From: Lytechinus pictus
Lineage: Eukaryota
NCBI RefSeq assembly: GCF_037042905.1
Contig: NC_087252.1
Location: 24,862,001 to 24,926,000, forward strand
DNA length: 64,000 nt
Reading direction: 5' to 3'
Shown here: one piece after another, positions 55,301-64,000 of the stretch
How the letters are laid out: each line of letters opens with the position of its first letter
Numbering within the stretch: the first letter of the stretch is position 1
Notes under the pieces: generated by a model
Told to the model about the DNA's origin: nothing
The model's input: the letters and a program-made list of their open reading frames with translations, nothing else
Database searches by the model: none
Program-made: the position numbers and the translations under genes

Positions 55301-58300
55301 TTCGATCGATGTTGAATGGCGAGAGAACGATGCACAGCTCAACGAATTATGCCGAGATTCCTTCTTCACTTGATGAAAAAAAAATGGGGCAAAGTTAAAA
55401 CGGTATACCCTATCATGAGTAAAGACTCTTACAAATGTTGGGCAACATGCTGTCCACACAACACTTGGTTAAAGCTTTATCCACTTCTAGATAGTTTTAA
55501 ACCAATAGTGTGTGCTTTGGGTGACAACTATACACGGTATTGGTTGAGAACTACCCAGAGTTGGATATTTTTTTAACCAGTTGTTGTGTGTACAATATTA
55601 TTTCCCAACATTACTATTTCTATTATTAATCATTTATTATCATCTGCATTTACCAAACCTAGGCGATGTGAATATCGAAATGACTGCCACCTTGAATGGA
55701 GTTGCTTTTAGGCAAGAGTTTAATGACCCCTCATCTACTGAATACATGGAGTTTGTGAGCAAGGCAGAAGCCGAGGTAATATATACCTGAAAAAAAAACC
55801 TGTGTGTAATTTCATAAAGATTTCGTAACTTATGTACTATTTGGCGCTAGACTGTGCTGGAGTTGCACTGGGTGCTGAGTTCACAGATTGTTCACAATGA
55901 GTTCACAGTGTTTCCATAGTGTGTTTATAGTGTGTTCACAGTGTTTCCATAGTGTGTTCATTGTGTGTTCACAGTGTTTCCATAGTGTGTTCATAATGTT
56001 TTCACAGTGTCTCACACTGAGTTCAAAAGTGTGTTCACACTGTGTTCAGTGTCTCAAAGTGTCAAATGGTGTATCCACATTATGTTCACAACGTGTTTAG
56101 TGTGTTCACATTCTCACACTTTGTGTTCGCGGTATGTTCACAGTGTGTTCAAATTGTGTTCATGGAATGTTCACAGTGTGTTCATGGGATGTTCACAGTG
56201 TGTCCACATAGTGTTTTCACAGTATGTTCACAGTTAAATTAATTGAATTGAAAGTGTGTTCACAGTGTGTCCACACAGTGTGATCACATAATGGAACATG
56301 TGAAGCTCTGATTCGTACCGTTAAAATGCCTTTATTTACAATGAAGGTGCTGTTCACACTGTGTCTCATACTGAGAACACACTCTGAGCCTCTGAGACAT
56401 AATGTGGAACACTGTTATCAGTGTGTGCAAAGTGTGTTAATGGTATGTTCACAGTGTGTTCAAAGTGTCTTCACGTTATGTTCACAGTGTGTCCACACAG
56501 TGTGTTCACAGTGTATTCACCGTATGTTCACAATGTGTCCACACAGTGTGTTCACGGTATGTTCACAGTGTGTTCACATTGTGTTTATGGTATGTTCACA
56601 GTGTGTCCACATAGTGTTTTCACAGTATGTTCACAGTTAAATTAATTGAATTGAAAGTGTGTTCACAGTGTGTCCACACAGTGTGATCACATAATGGAAC
56701 ATGTGAAGCTCTGGTTCGTACTGTCAAAATGCCTTATTTACAATGAAGGTGCTGTTCACACTGTGTCTCATACTGAGAACACACTCTGAGCCTCTGAGAC
56801 ATACTGTGGAACACTGTTATCTTTCCAGCAGGCATTCGTGCTGTGCTAAAATGATAACTCCAAATGTATCTTGTTGTCAAATGTGGACTGAGCTTAATCG
56901 TACAACCCTAATCAAATCTCGACAAATAAATTGTTTTCAACTCTCTCCGAAGGTGCATGGTATTTCATCTTCATCTGAGTCCCGTAACACAAAGGTTATA
57001 GCGAGTAATCGTATGCTTGATTTTTACGATTGATTGTACATTGAAGTCAATGCAATCAATCATAAAAAATGTTCTGATATGGGATTTAAAATGATAGAGA
57101 ATCTAATTTACCAACCGAAAACATGTTCCATTCGTGGCGGATCAAAAAGAAGATCATGATAAACCTTAATTCTTTCTTGAACGTGTTGTTTGATTTTCTG
57201 GTTTCATCATGAGAGAACATCATTGACAGTGCATATCATCTACTGCGAATTACTCTTTCTGTCAAGATGATTTTTCTTTTTTTCAATCACACATTTATGT
57301 CCCCTTTTTCAGATCATGAACGGGCTGCAGAATAACCAGATCGGAGGTTACGTTATGAGTGCAAGTGTGACCAGCTTGAGGTATTCCTATTTTGCATTTA
57401 AATGGCATATACTAATAACACCCCTTTAAAATTATATAATATATCATCATGAAACTTCTGCAATAATATCTTTGACTATATACGCGCAGAGGACAGTTTA
57501 TCCGATATTATATGGGACTATTTGTCCTTTATTCCGAAGTCCGATATTAACCACTGATGCGTGTAAAAGGCTTTAAGTTTTCATAAAAAAAGTGTGCCCC
57601 GTGCTTTCTACTATTATAAATGTGTCTGGCTTGGGCGACTCTCGTAAACATGAAAGGGGTGTTGGAGTTTGATCTTGCACTCCTTTTTAAATGATTTTTA
57701 GGGAGCACAAAGTGGGGGTTTAAACCCCTAGTACCCCCAAGATCCGCCACTGCACTGCAAAAACTCCGGTGTTGATTTAACACCAGCCTGGAATCTATAT
57801 ATGTCCTCACCAGAGAAGTATTGAAACAACACCAGTTTTGGAATCAAACCGATGCTGTTTTAATTCTAATTGGTGTTGTATAAACACCTATCTGGTGTTA
57901 GACCAAAAACGAAACTGGTGTTGTTTAACACTTCTCTGGGTGTGGACATATATAGATTCCGGGCTGGTGTTAAATCAACACCAGAGTTTTTGCAGTGTGT
58001 ATGTTACTGCCACACCGATAACCTTCTCCAAACCGACTGATGGTGTGTCATTGGTATAAATGTGATACGTTTTTGTCTGCACGGGAGCACTTCATCAACA
58101 TTTTCCGTCTAGCAATTTGTCATATCTGGCATCTTTCTTTGATTCTGATTGGTCACGAATTAAAGGAGAATGAAACCCTTGAAACCAGCTGAATCCAAAA
58201 GAGAAAAATCAAAGAAACATATTGTTGAAAGTTTGAGGAAGATTGAATGAATAATAAGAAAGTTATGAGCATTTGAATATTGAGATCACTAATGCCATGT

Positions 58301-61300
58301 AGATCCTCCTATATTGGCAATGCGACCAAGATATGTGATGTCACACACGTACAACTCCCTCATTACTTTATTTCACTTATATTCTCACTTTTATAGAGTC
58401 TATCACAAGGTGAGGTGTTCTTTTTATGAGAGGACAAGTACAGAGGTTTCACAACATTATATCATTGATGAATCGTTTGTCATATGATTAGAATGAGCAA
58501 AAAGAGATGTTTTGGGGTAAATTTTCAGTGTCCAAAAGGGGACAGTTGTTCATCTGTGACAACATAGATCTTGGTCGCATTGCCAATTGGAGGATCTCCA
58601 TAGCATTAGTGATCTCGACATTCAAATGCTCATAACTCTTTTATTGCTAGTCCTATTTTACTCAAATATTGTTGATCTTATTCTTTGATTTTTCTGCTTT
58701 CACAAAAGCTAACTTGCTTCAAGAGTTTCATTCTCCTTTAAGCACTGTTGCTATAGTAACTGTCGGAAAAAAGTCCGGCAATTCCTTTCATGAAGTGCTC
58801 TCCAGCTATATAGGGAGCGTTTTATCAAAGGACTTGTCAGACGTTTCATCCGACAAGTCCAATTTTTATCCGACAGTTACCATAGTAACATTGTATCTCA
58901 GCCAATCAAATTCAAGGAAAGTTGCCAGATCTGACAACTTAATTGTCGGACGAAAATGTTGATGAAACTCTATCCAAGAATCGGATTTGTTGGTGCATGT
59001 GACAAAAGCATATATGGTTTATCATAATATCAATGTTTTCTACTTCCTAGTCCCGGAAGTGTGGTCATGGGTGTAGCGGTTGGAGTGTCGGGTGAGATCG
59101 GGATGACTCTGTCCCAGGAAGCTACGAACACCACATCAGCCTTCGACGTTCAACTAGCCGTAGCCAACCTGGTATCTACCTCCATCAACGATGCTGTTAC
59201 GACCACTCTTTCAAATAATGCTCAACTTGGATCGTCAAATGCCGAGGTTGATATCTCACAAGGTATCATCTTAATCGTTTTGCGATATCATCATAAGTTG
59301 AATCCATGTTTTCTTCAATACCAAAAGTGGTAGGCCTATAGAAATAAACTGGTATGAATCAGGGATTTTAATAAGTATCACAGACCTTTGAAGTGAAAGG
59401 TACTAAAATATTCAAATAATCCATGGCAATTAAAATGTTGTTTTTATCATCATGATCATTAGTCAACGATATTTTACTATGAAATTCAGATTAAAGAATG
59501 TCATATTATGTCATTACGATAATTTTAGAGAACCAGTCAGGGCTGGCTATATTCACCATTCTTATTCAGGGGGATGTTCCAATTGAGACACTGCTTTATA
59601 ACCGATGTTTGTGTCATCTTCGTAAAGACGGTCATGATAAGACCAAACACCTTCCAACAGCTTCACTCTCCTTTTCCAACTAGTGGTCATGGCGAAATAA
59701 TTTTGATTCACCACTCTTATTCAGGGGGATGTTCCAATTGAGATTGAGACGCTGCTTAAGACCGAGGTTGTCATCTTCGTAGACGGGCATAATAAGACCA
59801 AGCATCTTCCAACAGCTTCACCCTCCTTTTCCAATTGATGGACATGGCGAAATAGTTTTGAACGAAATAATGAATAATAATGAGGAAAAAATATTTTGCT
59901 CTTTACACAGTAATTGTTCCAGTTACGGCCGGTGGCACAGATCTCCCAAATGAAGTTACACCAGGTGCGTATGGTATTTTACATGAATATGTTATATCTT
60001 GAAGATCTCTATCGAGGTTAAGTTTTGTGCATTCTGTTCAGACAATTTTGTACTTATTTAATTGAGTGAAATATTTGCTTAAAGTTGAATTAAGAAGACG
60101 ATTCCAAATATTGAGATATTTACATTAATAGCAACCTTACAACCCCCCAAACACTAAGAGGTGATTCGACCCCCCATTTTCTTTTTTCAAAATAGTGAAT
60201 TTGAACGATTTATCCCTACCCATTTTCCCTAAGTTCGCTCAAGCAATGCCTACCGAGACGGGTGTTCTTTGACTGTGACGTCACCGGGGGGTATTCGGTC
60301 CCGGTGTAGTAAACAAGGCAGTGCCGTTTTGTGTACTATGCACGTACGCCTCCATATTTACTTTGGTGTCAAAACTTCATTTTATCGCATTTGATTTTAT
60401 GTGAACGATACTGAAAGGAAGTAATAATTATTCAAAGACATATAGTCAATAATATATCCCTACATTGTTAAAACTGTTCTTCTTTGTAGCGATTTTAGAC
60501 GATTTGAATGCCTTGTTTTCGTTCGGGACTGTGTCCGTGGCGAAACAAGTCATAATGGAATAAACTGCAGTTAAAGTTGTATCTGCGAGCCGGAAAACTT
60601 GCAAAGAGGAAATGATTAAAAGTATATTTATGGCCGTACTATTATTCCTAATATGTAAATTCCCTCAGAATGATACCATAGACCCTAAAGGAATAATTTC
60701 AAGGCGAATAATATGAAATTTGATCGAGATCTTCTCACCAGTCGATAACGTAGCAGACGTGTTATTATGACATATTTATCCGCGTGTGACGCGGCTCTTG
60801 CAAAAAACACAGTTGGTTGCGGAATTGCTTTGTGCCGACCGGCCGCCCGCTCCGGCTCAGCTAGCTGTCGAGCTACCGTACTATACCGCATACCTTTCTT
60901 GCTGTCTTCAACTCACTTGCAAATTGCGTTTGTATGTGTGACGATGACCTCTAGCGTAATTAATTTAAATATAGAAAACAACTCGGAAGGCCGAGAAGAA
61001 TAGTACGTTTGATTCAAGATTGTTCTGTGGAATGAGCTGAGTGGAAATGATCCAGAGGATATAAAAATGGAGTCAAAGACAAAAGGAAAGAAGAAAAAGA
61101 CGCCAGGGGATCGCTGCATGCTCATGAACTGCGGGTCGACATACCGGTACCAGACCACTACTGTACGGTACACTCAATGCCTGGGTGTTGTGTGTATTGT
61201 ATAGGCGTGCAGCGCGCGCAGAGCTGAGCTAGCCGCCGGAATTACTTTCCAGCTACTCACTTGATGGAACATCGTGATGAAATAAATAAGAAATAGTGAA

Positions 61301-62504
61301 AATATCATTCAATAACTCACTGTTTGCAATCTTACATCATGATTTAAGAGTTCATGATAGTTATTCATACTGTTTTTTATACAGGGAAAGTAAAGATTTG
61401 TACATCCGATTCCTATTTGTTTGATTTGAGTTGCTTTGAAAAAAAAAAGTAAAATCATCTTTCTCTCTCTGCATAGCATTTCTGTATTATATCCGGACAC
61501 CTCTTATACTAAATTCCCCCCGGTGACGTCACACTCAGAGTGATTTTTCTGTACACTCGTCTCTCGGGCTCTGACAGGTGGCTAACTTCATAGAGTTTCA
61601 AAGCAAAATATCGAGAAGGCAGAGTATTTTTGTGACATGCTATCTGTTTGAACAACTTATATATACTATATATTGTGTGTGGAACCCATATTTATGGAAA
61701 CTCACCCCCTTCTAAATTCAACTTTAATCCTTTTTTTATTCGCATAATAATTACACTTGATGTTGGATGTATAGTGCCAGTGCTATTGTTCGAAGACGTA
61801 TATGATTACTCTGCTTGCCGATAAATGTGTGACCTTCATAATGTAGATATCCATTTTGTAGTTTTATGTTACATACGATTTTCGTTACTGCTTTCCTGTT
61901 GTCGTCGTCATCATCATCATTATCACAATCATCATATCATCATTAGCATCATAATCATCATGATTCATCACCATCATGGTTGTCGTCGTATCGTCATCAT
62001 CGTCACAAATATTATCACCACCAGCAGCAGCACCACATATCATCATCATCATCATCATCACCACCATCACCATCACACCATCATCACCGCCATAATCATN
62101 NNNNNNNNNNNNNNNNNNNNNNNNNNNNNNNNNNNNNNNNNNNNNNNNNNNNNNNNNNNNNNNNNNNNNNNNNNNNNNNNNNNNNNNNNNNNNNNNNNNN
62201 NNNNNNNNNNNNNNNNNNNNNNNNNNNNNNNNNNNNNNNNNNNNNNNNNNNNNNNNNNNNNNNNNNNNNNNNNNNNNNNNNNNNNNNNNNNNNNNNNNNN
62301 NNNNNNNNNNNNNNNNNNNNNNNNNNNNNNNNNNNNNNACCATCATCATTTCCGTTGTACATTTTACTCTCCTTGCATTCTTGTCATCAGGGGGGACTTG
62401 CGATGACGGCTTTTTCCGCTGCTCTGACGGTCTCTGCATCCATGAATCATTACGATGTGATTACCAGGATCATTGTATAACAGGGGAGGATGAGCTACTA
62501 TGTG
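49303..62504 (+). CDS. Type II membrane protein with Thr/Pro stalk, SEA and LDLa domains (enteropeptidase/matriptase-like), 3'-incomplete; exons 49303-49537, 49834-49917, 54507-54545, 55663-55775, 57313-57380, 59051-59262, 59911-59964, 62391-62504
   Basis: Eight AG/GT exons splice in frame: RKK + GFIAVAIIVAIIVVIVCLVIFLG (TM), TPTGTTPTGTTPP, SEA (F...FNDPSSTEY...SLSPGSVVM), LDLa (CDDGFFRCSDGLCIHESLRCDYQDHCITGEDELLC). No protease domain within the window. Confidence 0.88.
50041..53436. mobile_element. Tc1/mariner-like fold-back element split by a LINE insertion
   Basis: TA|CAGTGCGTCCCAGAAAAAACG...CGCACTG|TA; the right arm breaks at about 50750 and resumes at about 53320. Confidence 0.88.
50751..53318 (-). 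mobile_element. 5'-truncated L2/CR1-group LINE (RT, frameshifted) with (TAAA)n tail
   Basis: WKKAHVVPLPK...LRPVSLT...DFSKAF...GAPQGTRLGP...KFVDD...YIRPVLEYCAPVW; long CT-rich 3' UTR. Confidence 0.92.
53465..53752. mobile_element. hAT-type MITE with internal AAATTTAGGGGG repeats
   Basis: CAT(T/A)GGCGGCGGAAGC TIR; TSD GCCTACAG/GCCTACAT (7 of 8). Confidence 0.82.
55880..56820. repeat. GTGTTCACAGT-type minisatellite with about 400-bp higher-order duplication
   Basis: About 11-bp units; 56190-56420 recurs at 56593-56820; related motifs near 23540, 35780 and 36380. Confidence 0.85.
57753..57997. mobile_element. Palindromic CACTG-ended MITE (CACTA/CMC-like)
   Basis: TG|CACTGCAAAAACTC...GAGTTTTTGCAGTG|TG, 2-bp TSD. 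Confidence 0.85.
58083..58975. mobile_element. Two adjacent inverted Harbinger-like MITEs (58083-58803, split by a Kolobok-type element; 58813-58975)
   Basis: GGGAGC..TT.ATCAA ends; shared CCAATCA and GTT(A/G)C(C/T)ATAGTAAC cores in opposite orientation. Confidence 0.65.
58164..58737. mobile_element. Kolobok-type element (AGGAGAATGAAAC family)
   Basis: TTAA TSD and TIR; near-identical copy at 63034-63616. Confidence 0.9.
59551..59860. repeat. Two-unit tandem duplication, about 155 bp
   Basis: ATTCACCA.TCTTATTCAGGGGGATGTTCCAATTGAGA...CATGGCGAAATA.TTTTG twice. Confidence 0.88.
60083..61723. mobile_element. 1.64-kb Kolobok-type element with GC-rich core
   Basis: TTAA|AGTTGAATT(A/T)AGAAG TIR; inverted GTGACGTCACCGGGGG at about 60275 and 61520. 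Confidence 0.8.
61900..62350. repeat. (CAT/CAC)n microsatellite spanning assembly gap 62100-62338
   Basis: Directly visible. Confidence 0.9.
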
Positions 62505-63033
62505 GTGAGCGATGTTAGACTCTTATCCATCAATAAATCAAATGTGAATATTGTATAGATAGATAAATANNNNNNNNNNNNNNNNNNNNNNNNNNNNNNN
62601 NNNNNNNNNNNNNNNNNNNNNNNNNNNNNNNNNNNNNNNNNNNNNNNNNNNNNNNNNNNNNNNNNNNNNNNNNNNNNNNNNNNNNNNNNNNNNNNNNNNN
62701 NNNNNNNNNNNNNNNNNNNNNNNNNNNNNNNNNNNNNNNNNNNNNNNNNNNNNNNNNNNNNNNNNNNNNNNNNNNNNNNNNNNNNNNNNNNNNNNNNNNN
62801 NNNNNNNNNNNNNNNNNNNNNNNNNNNNNNNNNNNNNNNNNNNNNNNNNNNNNNNNNNNNNNNNNNNNCATGAGTCATTAGAATGCGATTGCAAATTGAG
62901 TGGATGGGCAACTTATATCCCTGCTGAATGAAATATGAAATACGCACACATAGGTAAACATACACACTAGCTAGATGAATAGGTAGGTAGAACGGTAGAT
63001 AGAGATAGATCCATGTTTACACAGAGAGATTAA

Positions 63034-63616
63034 AGGAGAATGAAACCCTTGAAACTAGCTGAATCCATATCAAAGAGAAAAATCAAAGAAACTTATTGTT
63101 GAAAGTTTGAGGAAGATTGAATGAATAATAAGAAAGTTATGAGCATTTGAATATTGAGATCACTAGTGCCATGTAGATCCTCCCATCGGCAATGCGACCA
63201 AGATCTGTGATATCACACACGTACAACTCCCTCATTACTTTAGTACTTATTTCACTTATATTCTCACTTTTATAGAGTCTATCACAAGGTTAGGTGTTTT
63301 CTTTATGAGATGACAAGTACAGAGGTTTCACAACATTATATCATTGATGAATCGTTTGTCATATGATTAGAATGAGCAAAAAGAGATGTTTTGGGGTATA
63401 TTTTCAGTGTCCGAATGGGAGAGTTGTACGTGTGTGACATCACAGATCTTGGTCGCATTGCCAATGGGGGGATCTCCATAGCATTAGTGATCTCGACATT
63501 CAAATGCTCATAACTCTTTTATTGCTAGTCCTATTTTACTCAAAGTTTTGTTGATCTTATTCTTTGATTTTTCTGCTTTCACAAAAGCTAACTTGCTCCA
63601 AGAGTTTCATTCTCCT
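63034..63616. mobile_element. Kolobok-type element (AGGAGAATGAAAC family), second copy
   Basis: TTAA TSD; matches 58164-58737 in the same orientation. Confidence 0.9.
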
Positions 63617-63769
63617 TTAATATTTAATCATGTATGTATATACTGTTTATGCATCCATGATAAAAAAATGCCATTACGAGTTTCCTTGTGCAAATGGAGA
63701 GTACCGACAGATATGTGGTTTTTTTTTTACCTGATGAAAACAAATATGAAAAATAAATGGGTTAATGGA

Positions 63770-63850
63770 TTGATAGATACTGTAGATAGATAGATAGATA
63801 GATAGACAGATAGATAGATAGATAGATATATAGATAGATTTATAGATAGA
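63770..63850. repeat. (GATA)n microsatellite
   Basis: Directly visible. Confidence 0.9.
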
Positions 63851-64000
63851 AGGGATCGATGCAATATGGCACGTCCCATGTCCATATACGACTAGATCTA
63901 TTGCATTTGTGTAATTCTTCATATTAATCATATCTCACATAAAACTTAGTATCATGTATAATGAATTTTGTATTTCATTTCTTTCATTTCAATTATTTTT

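Noticed and set aside
55880-56820. CRISPR-like array or Cys-rich ORFs
   Set aside because: Degenerate short tandem units without unique spacers, eukaryotic context and no cas genes; the ORFs are repeat translations.
58669-58962. Duplicated ORF start MLILFFDFSAFTKANLLQEFHSPL (also 63548)
   Set aside because: Translation of the right TIR of two copies of the same Kolobok-type element.

Overview
AT-rich, intron-containing animal DNA; the repeat content and tubulin structure suggest a sea urchin or another echinoderm (inference). Four protein-coding genes can be built with GT-AG splice sites and consistent intron phases. (1,2) Two tandem, intact minus-strand alpha-tubulin genes (452 aa each, ATG-only first coding exon) share a conserved promoter and an intron-1 RFX X-box. 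(3) A complete 7-exon minus-strand arylsulfatase B-like gene (511 aa). (4) The 5' part of a plus-strand type II membrane protein (TM, Thr/Pro-rich stalk, SEA, LDLa; enteropeptidase/matriptase-like) that runs off the window. Its best candidate first coding exon (MADE, 26546) lies upstream of the whole sulfatase gene, which would then be nested antisense in a 22.7-kb intron. The rest is layered transposon debris: Kolobok-type TTAA elements, hAT, Harbinger-like, CACTG-ended and Tc1-like MITEs, tRNA-derived SINEs, a decayed Tx1/L1 ORF2, L2/CR1-type LINE fragments and a 4-kb TIR element in tubulin intron 1. The most unusual observation is that this 4-kb element sits in the exact apex of a hairpin and carries TATA + ATG|GTGAGT on the tubulin strand, a ready-made alternative first exon. 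No rRNA, true tRNA or CRISPR array was seen. TE superfamily names rest on terminus/TSD rules only, not database hits.
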